Assembly: GCA_036785375.1 (NCBI GenBank)
Contig: JAWMAR010000359.1
Span: forward strand, 1,240,001-1,304,000
Direction of reading: 5' to 3'
From: Leucoraja ocellata
Taxonomy: Eukaryota
DNA length: 64,000 nucleotides
The notes under the pieces were generated by a model. That model was not told the DNA's origin, did no database searches, and saw only the letters and a list, made by a program, of their open reading frames with translations. A program made the translations under genes and the position numbers. Shown piece after piece: positions 22,690 to 34,659 of this stretch (position 1 is its first letter; every line of letters starts with the position of its first letter).

Positions 22690-23735
22690 CAGTAAAGCAT
22701 TCAACAAGGTTCCTCATAGTTGGCTGCTCTGGAAGGTTAGATCCCATGGGATCCAAGGAGAGCTAGCTGGGTAGAAAATTGGCTTCATGGAAGAAAGCAG
22801 ACGGTGATGTTGGAAGATTGCTTTTCGGATTGGAGGCCTGTGACTAGTGGTGTGCCTCAGAGTTCGGTTCTGGGCCCGTTACTGTTTGTCATTTATTTCA
22901 ATTATTTGGATACAAGCCAAGATTAGCAAGTTTGCTGATGATACAAAAGTTAGTGGTTTTGCGGATAGTGAAGATGGTTGTGAAAAATTGCAACATGATC
23001 TTGATCAATTGGCCAAGTGGGTTGAGGAATGGTTGATGGAAGTTAATGCAGAAAAAAGTGAGTTGTTGCATTTTGGGATGTCTAACATGGGCAGGACCTG
23101 CACAGTGAATGGTAGGGCTCTGGGTAGTGTTGTGGATCAGAGGGATCTAGGAGTGCAGGTGCATAGCTCCCTGAAGGTGGAGTGGCATGTAAATTGGGTG
23201 GTCAAAAAGGCTTTTAGCACATTGGCCTTCATCAGTCAGAGTATTGGGTATAAAAATTGGGAGGCCTTGTTGCAGTTGTATAAGATGTTGATGAGGCCAC
23301 AATTAGAGTATTGTGTTCAGTTCTGGGCACCGTGTTATAGGAAAGGTGCTGTCAAGCTGGAAAAGGTACAGAGAAGATTTACAAGGATGTTGCCCGGACT
23401 AGCAGGTCTGAGCAAAAGTCAGAGGTTGAGTGAGCTGGGACTCTATTCGGAGTGCAGGAGGATGAGGGGCGATCTTATAGAGGTGTAGAGAGGATTTATT
23501 CAGGTAGATGCACAAGAGTCTTTTGCCTAGAGTAGGTGAATCGAGGATCATGGGACATAGGTTTAAGGTCAAGGGGAAAAGATTTAATCTGAATCTTCTA
23601 GATAGGCACATGGGCAGGACAGGTTTGGAGGGATATGGACTGAATGCTGGCAGGTGGGACTAGTGTAGTTGGGGCCGTTGTTGGCCGGTGTGGGCATGTC
23701 GGTCCCAAGGGCCTGTTTCCACACTGTATGACCTT
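22690..23735 (+). mobile_element. CR1 LINE RT to 3' end
   Basis: [41 protein letters not shown]1-type tail gggcctgtttccacactgtatgac. Confidence 0.85.
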
Positions 23736-23943
23736 ATGATTGTTGAAATATCACTATCTCTGCCTCCACAATCTCTAAAGCCACCTCTTTCAGGACCCCA
23801 GGGTGCAGTCCATCTGGTCTGCATATGGAGAGTGAATATGGAGGACGACAGCGAGAGCAATGTTCTAATCTGTCAATTACAGGCTGTCTTAATTCACTCA
23901 GAAATATGATTACTCCATTGTTCAACATGCATTTGGAGTCTTA

Positions 23944-24170
23944 CATAGAAACATAGAAAATAGGTGCAGGAGGAGGCCACTCAGCCCTTTGAGCCAGCAC
24001 CGACATTCATTGTGATCATGGCTGATCATCCACAATCAGTAACCCGTGCCTGCCTTGTCCACATAACCCTCGATTCCACTAGCCCCAAGAGCTCTATCTA
24101 ACTCTCTTTTAAATGCATTCAGTGAATTGGCCTCCACTGCCTTGAGGCAGAGAATTCCACAAATTCACAA
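23944..24170 (-). mobile_element. CR1 3' end
   Basis: catagaaacatagaaaataggtgcagg tail and VNLWNSLPQ remnant. Confidence 0.8.
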
Positions 24171-24419
24171 TCTTCGGTGGTATCATCTCCAAAATAATAG
24201 CCATTTTTATCCTTTCCTTGTAGAATCTTCGATACGCCTCACTGAACAAGGGTTGAACTCCTGGTTGGGTAATTGTGGCTAGGGAAATACTGTATGACAA
24301 TATTACACATCATTGTGCAACATAATTCCGTTGCTGCTGACAGCTCATTGCACAATAGAAGCGCAGTCCCAAGTTGCCGAGTCTGTTGTGACTAATTGTG
24401 TAAAAACAAAACATCCATT

Positions 24420-25293
24420 TATTATTGTAATTAATTTATTAGCCAAGTATGTAAAAACATACAAGGAATTTGATTTGCCATACGGTCATACCAAAAAAGC
24501 AACCATATAACCATATAACAATTACAGCACGGAAACAGGCCATCTCGACCCTTCTAGTCCGTGCCGAACACATAATCTCCCCTAGTCCCATATACCTGCG
24601 CTCAGACCATAACCCTCCATTCCCTTCCCATCCATATAACTATCCAATTTATTTTTAAATGATAAAAACGAACCTGCCTCCACCACCTTCACGGGAAGCT
24701 CATTCCACACAGCTACCACTCTCTGAGTAAAGAAACTCTCTGAGTTAAACAACAAGACGCACAACTACATAATATTAACATAAACATTCACCGCAGCAGT
24801 GACGGAAGGCAATAGTCTTATCTTCTTCCCTCCTTTTCTCCCGCAGACGGGGCAGTCGAACCATCCGCTGTCAGGGTGATCAAAGCTCCCGCAGCCGGCG
24901 AACGAAGCTGCCGCATCGGGGCAATCGAAGCTCCCGCGATCTGGGCGGTCGAAGCTCCTGCGGCTGGAGCTCCTGAAGTCGGTCCCTAACCGAGGGACCG
25001 CGAGCTCCACGATGTTAAGTCCGCAGGCCCCCATTGTTGGAGCTCCCAAAGTCGATCCACAGCAAATGGACTGCAAGCTCCACGATGTTAGGCCGCAGTG
25101 CGGATGGAGTTACGACATGGAAAAAGTCGGATCTCCATCAAGGAAAGAGATTCAAAAAAGTCCCCCCCCTCCCACACACATAATACAAAACTAAAGATAC
25201 ACTAAACATACATTTAACAACAGACTAAAAACAACAAAAGAAGAAAAGTACGAGACAGACTGTTGGCGAGGCTGCCATCGTACGGCGCCACCC
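24420..25293 (-). mobile_element. Non-autonomous GC-rich retroposon with a Rex1-like 3' tail, interrupted by a CR1 3' fragment (24501-24745)
   Basis: Minus strand starts gggtggcgccgtacgatggcagcctcgcc, has internal cgaagctcc repeats, and ends ..aaattccttgtatg..tacttggctaataaattaattacaat. Confidence 0.6.
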
Positions 25294-25479
25294 GCTGTTA
25301 TATGGTACTTGTAATGTAACAAGGCCATTTGAGGAAGATTACAGCTGCTTTATCAACCAAAATTTGGAAGAGAATGTACAAATTAGTAAGTTAGCTAATG
25401 TTACAAAAATTGATGGTATCATAGGCAAAGATGATGGATATCATGAATTACAGAGGGCTCTTGATCAAAGACATACAGG

Positions 25480-25690
25480 TTTGTAAGAACGAACTGCAGA
25501 TGCTGGTTTGAGCCAAAGATAGACACAAAAAGCTGGAATAATTCAGTGGGACAGGCAACATCTCTGGAGAGAAGGAATGGGTAACGTTTTAGGTTGAGAC
25601 CCTTCTTCAGATTGAACAAGGATCTTGACCTGACAGGCAACAATGTTGCTACCTGTCCTACTGAGTTACTCCAGCTTTTTGTGTCTATCT
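25480..25690. mobile_element. Short Penelope-derived element in fold-back arrangement
   Basis: Minus-strand 3' module with a decayed hammerhead (25583-25610), then an inverted copy of part of it (25517-25555 vs 25652-25690). Confidence 0.7.
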
Positions 25691-25835
25691 CAAGTTTGGA
25701 GGTTAATTGGTTTTGGTAAAAAATTGTAAATTGTCCCTAGTACATAGGATAGTGTTAGTGTACAGGGTGATTGCTGGTTGGCGCGGTCTCAGTGGGCCAA
25801 AGGGCTTTTTTTCAAGCTGTATCTCTAAAATCTAA

Positions 25836-26370
25836 AGCTGGGCAAGAGGGCAGAGGAATGGCAAATAGAGTTTAATTCATATGAGTGTGAAGTGTTGCAT
25901 TTTGGGATGTCAAAGCAGAACTTTCACAATGGTAGGACCCTTGGAATGTTATAGAGCAGAGGAATCTAGGAGTATGTAGTTCCCTGAAGGCGGCAATGCC
26001 GGTTTTGAAGGAGGTTTTTGGCATGTGGAACAACAGAAGTCAGATAAGTGCAGAAATTGGCATGTTTTGCGACAGCTATGCCATACATTGTTGAGGCCAC
26101 ACTGGCAGCATTGCATTCAGTTTTGGTCAGCTGATGCCATTAAGCTGGAAAAAAGAGAAGATTTATGAGGATTTTGCCAGGACGAGGGCCTGAGCTGCAG
26201 GGAGAGGTTGGGCAGGCTAGGACTTTATTCCTTGGGGCACAGGAGGCTGAAGGATGATCTCACAAAAATATATCTAATCAGTGATGGGAATAGATCAGCC
26301 AAATGGTCAGTCTTTTTTTTCCAGGGTAAGGTGAAGCATGAAATAGAGGGCATATGTTGAAGGTGAGAGC
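25836..26370 (+). mobile_element. Old CR1 fragment, preceded by a V-SINE 3' piece (25692-25836)
   Basis: Degenerate similarity to 23010-23580. Confidence 0.65.
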
Positions 26371-27139
26371 ATGACATCAACGTGCAAATTTCATGTGTTA
26401 AAACATGAAAACAAATCATGCAAAAAGAGATCATACACAATTTATTTTGTTAATCAAAGAAAAATAAAGGTAGATGGGGTTATTACAAATCAGGTGTGAT
26501 CAAAATGAATGGGGGAGAAGCTCAAAGAACAAAAGTATGTTCATGGCTACTTCATATGTGCTGGAGATAAGACAATCTGCAAAAAGTTTTTGCTTTTTTC
26601 GCAAGTTTGGCCTCCTCCTGCACCTATTTTCTATGTTTCTATTTCCACCTCCTCTGAATAGATTGACAATTATTTCATCCTTAACCTTAAGGTGTCCCAG
26701 GTCCGAAAGAGATTGTCTCTAACTCTTAACATTTGAAACAATCCTTGCAAACATCTTCTTTTGTGTTCAGCTACATTCTTCATGGGATAACTTTTGAGGT
26801 CTATCACCTCTTGTCAGAACTGGCAACAAGAGTAAGCAAGCTAGTTTAAAATTGCAAAGATGGGAGATGTATATGCAGAACGCGGGGGATCTCTTTGATG
26901 ATGGATGAGGCCAAATTGGTTAAACGTAGCAATTGGAACAGAGAATGCTTCTTTGTCTGTGTTATGTGCTGCTGAATATAGGTCTGCAGGAAATGCCTTA
27001 CCTAATGATGTCCCTTGTGCAACAGCATTACTTCCCTAGCCACGTTCCATGGGCTTGGCGGTCGGTACTCTTTTGTGAAATTAAGATATGAACCTTTAAT
27101 TTATATTATTTTATTTTATATTAGCCCAAGGTTATTTAT

Positions 27140-28090
27140 ATTAACCTTATATTAATGATTTGGATGAGGGGATTGAAGGTTTTGTGGCCAAATTTGCAAA
27201 TTATATGAAAATAGGTGGAAGGGCAGGTAGTGTAGAGAAAGCAGGGATTCTGCAGAAGGACTTGGATAGGTTGGAAGAGTGGGCAGATGGAATATTGTGC
27301 AGTAAAGTGTGGAGTCATGCACTTTGGTAGTAGGAATAAAGGTGTAGACTATGGTCCAAATGGGGAGAGAATGCAGAAATCGGAGGTGCAAAGGCACTTG
27401 GGGGGAATGTTGGTGCAGGATTCCTAAAAAGTTAATCTGCCAGTCGTATCGGTAGTAAAGAAAGCAAACTCAATGCTAGAATTTATTTCAAGAGGACTTG
27501 TATACAAAAACAGTGATGTAATGGTGATGCTCTATAAAGAACTTTGTGAGCAATTTTGGGCACCATATCTGAGGAAGAATGTGCTGGCTCTGGAGAGGGT
27601 CCAGAGGAGGTTTGCAAGAATGATCCCAGCAATAAGTGGGTTAGCCTTTGATGAGCGTTTGTCGGCACTGGGCCTCTACTCACTGGAGTTTAGAAAAATG
27701 AGGGGGGACCTCATTGAAACATACAGAATAGTGAAAGGTTTGGATAGAGTGAATGTTTCCACCAGTGGGAAAATCTAGGACTAGAGGTCATAGCCTCAGA
27801 ATTAAAGGACGTTCTTTTACGAAGGAGATGAGGAGAAATTTCTTTAGTCAAAGGGTGGTGAATCTGTGGAATTCCTAGCCACAGAAGGCTATGGAGGACC
27901 AGTCAGTTGATATATTTAAGGACGAGAGATAGATTTTTGATTAGTATAGGTGCCAGAGGTTATGGGGAGAATGCAGGAGAATGGAGTTAGGGGGGAGAGA
28001 TAGATCAGCCATGAATGAATGGCGGAGTTGACTTGATGGGCCGAATGGCCTAACTCTACTCCTATCACTTATGACATGACCTTATGAACT
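27140..28090 (+). mobile_element. CR1 LINE RT to 3' end
   Basis: QFWAPYLRKNVLALERVQRRFARMIP, LGLYSLEFRKMRGDLIETYRI, 3' UTR and tatga-type tail. Confidence 0.85.
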
Positions 28091-28279
28091 GACAAGATGC
28101 AAAATAATCCATACAACAGATCTGAATATATAATAAATATTAAAAGATTTCTTAAATACTATCTTTGGCATGTGACATAGATTAACTGTGCATGTTGTAG
28201 AACTGCTGTAGATTTGGGAGGAACAACAGCAGCAGTAGATTAGCAAGAGATACGACTGATTGGCTCTAGCCCAAGTGGG

Positions 28280-31200
28280 AGGAGAGAAGTGAGTCAGAGG
28301 GGTGAAAACAGTTGGAAACTGAGGAATTTGCTTTGTAAATTGGTAAATCAGGCAATTTATCAGTCAATTTAAGCAGGACAGCTCTTAGCGAGCGGCAGTG
28401 AGTGAAGTGCCCTGTGAGAAAAGTGTGAGTCTTTGGCGAGGAGGCTGAGGAGAGGAGACCATGCAATACGCTTGAGAGGTAGAGACAAAAGAAGGAGATG
28501 TCAGGCAAGCTGATTCAGTGCGATGCTTGCAGTATGTGGGAGGTCAAGGACACCGCTAATGCCTCTGGCTGCTACAAATGCGAAAAGTGCATCCTGAAGA
28601 GCTCCTGAAGGGCCGTGTTGGGGAACTGGAGAAGCAAGTGGACGACCTCCGGTTCGTACGAGAAACGGAGTCGTTCCTCGACAAGTCCTACAGTACGATT
28701 GTTACACCTAAGGTACTGGAAGAGAGAAGGTGGGAGACAGTGAGAAAGGGAGGGAAGCATGGAATGCCAATGTCCCCAGGTGGTGTACCTCTTGTAAACA
28801 GGTTAATCCGCTTAGAAGCTGTTTGGACAGAAGATGTGAGCGGCGGACTGGCTTGCGATGCGAATAGGGCTGTTGAGCCAAAACCAAAAAGGCCTAAGGC
28901 AGGCAAGGCCATTGTAGTGGGAGACTCCATCGTGAGAGGTACGGACAGGGATTTCTGCGGCAACAGACGGGATGCGAGGATGGTGTGCTGCCTTCCCGGT
29001 GCCAGGATCCAGGATGTCACGGACAGAGTGCAGAAAATCCTCAAGGGCGAAGGTGAACATCCGGAAGTGGTATTGCATGTCGGCACAAATGATGTCGGAA
29101 AAAAGGGGGTGAATATTCTGCAGCGTGACTTTAGAGAGCTCGGAAAAATGTTGAAAAGCAGGACCTCCAGGGTTGTTATCTCCGGTTTGCTTCCAGTTCC
29201 CCGTGCTGGCGAGAGCAGGAACAGGGAGATACGGGACCTGAACGTGTGGCTGAGGAACTGGTGCACGGGGCAGGGATTTATATTCTTAGATCACTGGGAT
29301 CTGTTTTGGGGTAAGGGGGAACTGTACAAAAGGGACGGATTGCATCTTAACAGGTGTGGGACCAGCATTCTGGCAGGCAGGTTTGCCACTGCTACACGGG
29401 TGGCTTTAAACTGAATAAGGGGGGTGGGGTGTTGAATGGGATAGTGGAGGATGGAGTTAAAGGGAAAGGGTTTCTTAAATGTGTGAGCGTAGAGACCGAG
29501 GGGTGTAAAATGAGGGTAGAAGAAATAGGTAGCAAGGTGAAAAGTAAAAGTGGCAGGCAGACAAAACCAGGGCAAAAATCAAAAAGGGCCACTTTTCAAC
29601 ATAATTGTATAAGGGGTAAGAGTGTTGTAAAAACAAGCCTGAAGGCTTTGTGTCTCAATGCAAGGAGCATTCGTAATAAGGTGGATGAGTTGAATGTGCA
29701 GATAGCTATTAATGACTATGATATAGTTGGGATCACGGAGACATGGCTCCAGGGTGACCAAGGCTGGGAGCTGAACATCCAGGGATATTCAATATTCAGG
29801 AGGGATAGACAGAAAGGAAAAGGAGGTGGGGTAGCGTTACTGATTATAGAGGGGATTAATGCGATGGAAAGGAAGGACATTAGTTTGGAGGATGTGGAAT
29901 CGGTATGGGTAGAGCTGCGAAACACTAAGGGGCAGAAAACGCTGGTGGGTGTTGTGTACAAGCCACCTAACAGTAGTAGTGAAGTTGGAGATGGTATCAA
30001 ACAGGAAATTAGAAATGCGTGCAACAAAGGCAAAACGGTTATAATGGGTGATTTCAATCTACATATAGATTGGGTGAATCAAATTGGCAGGGGTGCTGAG
30101 GAAGAGGATTTCTTGGAATGTATGCGGGATAGTTATCTAAATCAACATATAGAGGAACCAACGAGAAAGCAGGCTATTTTAGACTGGGTATTGAGTAATG
30201 AGGAAGGGTTAGTTAGCAATCTTGTTGTACGTGCCCCCTTGGGCAAGAGTGACCATAATATGGTTGAGTTCTTCATTAGGATGGAGAGTGACATTGTTAA
30301 TTCAGAAACAATGGTTCTGAACTTAAAGAAAGGTAACTTTGAGGGTATGAGACGTGAATTGGCCAGGATTGACTGGCAATTAATTCTAAAAGGGTTGACG
30401 GTGGATATGCAATGGAAGACATTTAAAGACTGCATGGATGAACTACAAAAATTGTTCATACCAGTTTGGCAAAAGAATAAATCAGGGAAGGTAGTACATC
30501 CATGGATAACAAGGGAATTCAGGGATAGTATCAAAGCGAAGGATGATGTGTACAAATTAGCCAGAAAAAGCAGCATACCGGAGGACTGGGAGAAATTCAA
30601 AGACCAGCAGAGGAGGACAAAGGGCTTAATTAGGAAAGGGAAAATAGATTATGAAAGAAAACTGGCAGGGAACATAAAAACTGACTGCAAAAGTTTTTAT
30701 AGATATGTGAAAAGAAAGAGATTAGTTAAAACAAATGTAGGTCCCTTGCAGTCAGAAACAGGTGAGTTGATCATGGGGAACAAGGATATGGCGGACCAAT
30801 TGAATAACTACGTTGGTTCCGTCTTCACTAAGGAAGACATAAATAATTTGCCGGAAATAGCAGGGGACCGCGGGTCAAAGGAGTTGGAGGAATTGAGTGA
30901 AATCCAGGTTAGCCGGGAAGTGGTGTTGGGTAAATTGAATGGATTAAAGGCCGATAAATCCCCAGGGCCAGATAGGCTGCATCCCAGAGTACTTAAGGAA
31001 GTAGCTCCAGAAATAGTGGATGCATTAGTAATAATCTTTCAAAACTCTTTAGATTCTGGAGTAGTTCCTGAAGATTGGCGGGTAGCAAATGTAACCCCAC
31101 TTTTTAAGAAGGGAGGGAGAGAGAAAATGGGGAATTACAGACCAGTTAGTCTAACATCGGTAGTGGGGAAACTGCTAGAGTCAGTTATTAAAGATGGGAT

Positions 31201-31899
31201 AGCAGCACATTTGGAAAGTGGTGAAATCATTGGACAAAGTCAGCATGGATTTACGAAAGGTAAATCATGTCTGACAAATCTTATAGACTTTTTCGAGGAT
31301 GTAACTAGTAGCGTGGATAGGGGAGAACCAGTGGATGTGGTGTATCTGGACTTCCAGAAGGCTTTCGACAAGGTCCCACATAAGAGATTGGTATACAAAC
31401 TTAAAGCACAAGGCATTGGGGGTTCAGTATTGATGTGGATAGAGAACTGGCTGGCAAACAGGAAGCAAAGAGTAGGAGTAAACGGGTCCTTTTCACAATG
31501 GCAGGCAGTGACTAGTGGGGTACCGCAAGGCTCAGTGCTGGGACCCCAGCTATTTACAATATATATTAATGATCTGGATGAGGGAATTGAAGGCAATATC
31601 TCCAAGTTTGCGGATGACACTAAGCTGGGGGGCAGTGTTAGCTGTGAGGAGGATGCTAGGAGACTGCAAGGTGACTTGGATAGGCTTGGTGAGTGGGCAA
31701 ATGTTTGGCAGATGCAGTATAATGTGGATAAATGTGAGGTTATCCATTTTGGTGGCAAAAACGGGAAAGCAGACTATTATCTAAATGGTGGCCGATTGGG
31801 AAAGGGGGAGATGCAGCGAGACCTGGGTGTCATGGTACACCAGTCATTGAAGGTAGGCATGCAGGTGCAGCAGGCAGTAAAGAAAGCGAATGGTATGTT
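28280..31899 (+). mobile_element. Young CR1 LINE, 5'-intact and 3'-truncated
   Basis: 5' UTR, ORF1 (zinc finger, coiled coil, SGNH esterase) and uninterrupted APE-RT ORF2 that stops abruptly at KKANGML, where an oppositely oriented CR1 tail (31900-31990) begins. Confidence 0.93.
28498..29414 (+). pseudogene. CR1 ORF1 (CxxC..CxxC finger, coiled coil, SGNH/GDSL esterase), one frameshift near 28595
   Basis: ATG 28498 gives MSGKLIQCDACSMW..CYKCEKC. The reading continues in the 28578-29414 frame: LEKQVDDLR, VVGDSIVRG, LPGA, LHVGTND, DGLHLN. Confidence 0.88.
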
Positions 31900-31903
31900 A
31901 TAA
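29405..31903 (+). CDS. CR1 ORF2 APE endonuclease plus reverse transcriptase, C-terminally truncated
   Basis: LNARSIRNK, GITETW, GGGVAL, MGDFN, ILDWV, SDH (APE). [49 protein letters not shown] (RT). No internal stops. Confidence 0.92.
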   Translation, partial: FKLNKGGGVLNGIVEDGVKGKGFLKCVSVETEGCKMRVEEIGSKVKSKSGRQTKPGQKSKRATFQHNCIRGKSVVKTSLKALCLNARSIRNKVDELNVQIAINDYDIVGITETWLQGDQGWELNIQGYSIFRRDRQKGKGGGVALLIIEGINAMERKDISLEDVESVWVELRNTKGQKTLVGVVYKPPNSSSEVGDGIKQEIRNACNKGKTVIMGDFNLHIDWVNQIGRGAEEEDFLECMRDSYLNQHIEEPTRKQAILDWVLSNEEGLVSNLVVRAPLGKSDHNMVEFFIRMESDIVNSETMVLNLKKGNFEGMRRELARIDWQLILKGLTVDMQWKTFKDCMDELQKLFIPVWQKNKSGKVVHPWITREFRDSIKAKDDVYKLARKSSIPEDWEKFKDQQRRTKGLIRKGKIDYERKLAGNIKTDCKSFYRYVKRKRLVKTNVGPLQSETGELIMGNKDMADQLNNYVGSVFTKEDINNLPEIAGDRGSKELEELSEIQVSREVVLGKLNGLKADKSPGPDRLHPRVLKEVAPEIVDALVIIFQNSLDSGVVPEDWRVANVTPLFKKGGREKMGNYRPVSLTSVVGKLLESVIKDGIAAHLESGEIIGQSQHGFTKGKSCLTNLIDFFEDVTSSVDRGEPVDVVYLDFQKAFDKVPHKRLVYKLKAQGIGGSVLMWIENWLANRKQRVGVNGSFSQWQAVTSGVPQGSVLGPQLFTIYINDLDEGIEGNISKFADDTKLGGSVSCEEDARRLQGDLDRLGEWANVWQMQYNVDKCEVIHFGGKNGKADYYLNGGRLGKGEMQRDLGVMVHQSLKVGMQVQQAVKKANGML

Positions 31904-33418
31904 CTTCATAAGTTCATAACTTCTAGAAGTAGAATTAGGTCATTTGGCACATCAGGTCTGCTCCACCATTCAATCATGGCTGATCTCTCATTCTCTATCG
32001 CCTATCTTTGCAACTGCATGGAAGGTGGAGCATCATGCTTCTCTCATTACACAATTCCTGCAGACTAATTAACCAAGAACATTTAATAGTGTCACTAGCA
32101 GCTGGGTGGAGATGGGTTACTCATGGGCATAGTTCAAGGCAGCATCAGTTACTCCGGGTACAACGGGCTTGAAATTGCGAAGGAAACAACATTTTATTTT
32201 TCACTCTGTACCTTTGGGAACGTGAAAGTGTCATACAAGGTGAATTGAGTGCAGTCTAATTTCATAGGAAAAAATTATAGGCTGAGAACCATGATTCCAT
32301 AATTAAAACTCTAGGCAGTCAGCACGCAACTATTTAACTTTCATTAAAAATAAACGTGTTCATACCCATTTGATGTTAAAAAAAAACCCATTCGGAATCA
32401 ATGAAAAGGTGGCATATAATAATTTTTTTTTAAAGTTTTTGAAATATATCTGGTGCTTTGTTAATGCTGGCCTGCAAATGGGCTAAGCCTGAGAACTCAA
32501 GCCCTTACAATTGTTAATGACTGCAGAATTCCAGAGAGAACATCTCAAATTTCCCCACATATCACGATTGGCACAAACAACTCTGTTATGAGACAAGTGA
32601 GAGCATCGCCAAATCCCATGAACTGCCTTCCACATGAACCACCTGACAAACTGAGCAGCTGCCAAGGCAACTCCAAAGCAGCAATAGCTATTTCAAATGG
32701 ACTTTGTATCATGTCAGCATCTTTTTGTACAAAAGGAAAGAATACTAACATCTCCATGTTAGAAATGGGTCATGAATTTATTTACAATCAAAATTTAACA
32801 TAATTAAAACCGTAAAAAATTCTAACGTTGCTTAAGTAAAATATTCCTGAAAAGAGGATTGAAATTGAAAATCCTGATAGTGCTGATGTTGTACATCCTG
32901 CACTTTCTCTTAATATCCTGAGACCTGCCCAACTGCTTTGAATGAAATCAATATCTGGACCTTCATACCCATTCTGGGGGTGGAGAAATCTAAAGATTGA
33001 CCGTCATCGGCATGAATAAATTTCTCCTCCTTTCAGTCCGAATTATTCGTTATTTAGTTTGAAACTGTAACCCCTAGTTACAGGTTTCCCAGCTGCAGAA
33101 ACAATCTCCTTCCGCCGTCCTGTCAAGCTTGGTAAAACAATGTTGGTGCATTAAATAAGATCTCATCCCATTCTTCAAACCCATAGAGTACACAGACCCA
33201 ACAACAACCTGGCATTCTAAGATCCAGTAGATATCAGGAAATGCAGATGCTGGTTTACAAAAAAAAATGCACAAAGTGTTGGGATAAGTCAGTTGGTCAG
33301 GCAGCTTGTCTGGAGAACATGGATAGGTAATGTTTGGGTCTGGATTCATCTTCAGACTGATTGTGGTGGGGGTGGGTGGGGAAGGGAAGAAAGCTGGAAG
33401 AGTGGAAGGGCATGAAAA

Positions 33419-33681
33419 NNNNNNNNNNNNNNNNNNNNNNNNNNNNNNNNNNNNNNNNNNNNNNNNNNNNNNNNNNNNNNNNNNNNNNNNNNNNNNNNNN
33501 NNNNNNNNNNNNNNNNNNNNNNNNNNNNNNNNNNNNNNNNNNNNNNNNNNNNNNNNNNNNNNNNNNNNNNNNNNNNNNNNNNNNNNNNNNNNNNNNNNNN
33601 NNNNNNNNNNNNNNNNNNNNNNNNNNNNNNNNNNNNNNNNNNNNNNNNNNNNNNNNNNNNNNNNNNNNNNNNNNNNNNNNN
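33419..33681. other. Assembly gap
   Basis: Run of N. Confidence 1.
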
Positions 33682-34238
33682 CCATCAGGAACCAGGATAA
33701 CTTCTCAGCTCATATTTAACATAAGTTCATAAGTAATAGGAGCAGAATCAGGCCACTCAGACGATCAGGTCTATTCCACCACTCAATCATGGCTGATCTA
33801 TTTTTCCCTCATTCCCCATTCTCCTGCCTTCCTACCATAACCCCTGACACATGTACTAAACAAGAATTCACATACCTTCCCAGAATATATGCAGTTATTC
33901 AATCTATGGTGTCTTTCAGCGTATTCCAATGAGCTTTATTTCCTGACGTATTCCCCTCTCACTTATCAATTCCCTTATTTCTCCTACTAAAGGGTGACTC
34001 GAATAACCTACAAACCAGCATTAGTCGACTTCCTTAAAAGATTGAGGAGATTCGGTACGTCAAAGAATACTCTCTTGAACTTCTACAGGTGGAGAATAGA
34101 GAACACTGCCAATTTTTATTTGCTATGTTTTCAGGAACTATAATATGAAAGAAGGCTTGGTGATGCTGAAGGAAACAAGCCACAGAATTACATGTAGAAC
34201 ACACTTGACAAGAATAAGAAAATGCAAAGTAAAAATAA

Positions 34239-34462
34239 TGCCCGTCCCACTTAGGAAACCTGAACGGAAACCTCTGGAGACTTTGCGCCCCACCCAAGGT
34301 TTCCTTGCGCTTCCCGAAGGTTTTTGTCCGTCTCCCTACCTGCTTCCAATACCTGCAATCTCCGGCAACCACCTGCAACCTCCGGGAACCGCACGGAAAC
34401 CTTGGGTGGGGCGCAAAGTCTCCAGAGGTTTCCATTCACGTTTCCTAAGTGGGACAGGGGCA
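34239..34462. mobile_element. MITE with about 80-bp terminal inverted repeats, probably PIF/Harbinger-type
   Basis: tgcccgtcccacttaggaaac...ccaaggtttcc vs ggaaaccttgg...gtttcctaagtgggacaggggca. Flanked by TAA and TTA. Confidence 0.85.
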
Positions 34463-34659
34463 TTATGTCATCAGCTTTATTATGTTGCAACCAACACTCA
34501 GAAAGGACAGAAAATATTTTGACCATGTCAGATTTTTGAAATTAGATATTAAATTGACAGTATTCCTCCCTGTTCATTGCATCATTACCATCATACAATC
34601 ATAAACTTCAGGCTTTTACCAAAAAGAGAATTTGTCAATGTCATTCCTTCAAACTCTTC

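Noticed and set aside
24850-25100. CRISPR-like repeat/spacer pattern (also 58457-58515, 59535-59590)
   Set aside because: Vertebrate DNA, repeats are degenerate or directly tandem without unique equal-length spacers, and there are no cas genes.
28578-29414. Captured host or bacterial GDSL lipase
   Set aside because: The esterase is a known CR1-clade ORF1 domain and lies directly upstream of APE-RT.
28688-31758. Long antisense ORFs within CR1 (and within the Penelope copies)
   Set aside because: Shadow frames of the transposon coding strand with no independent motifs.
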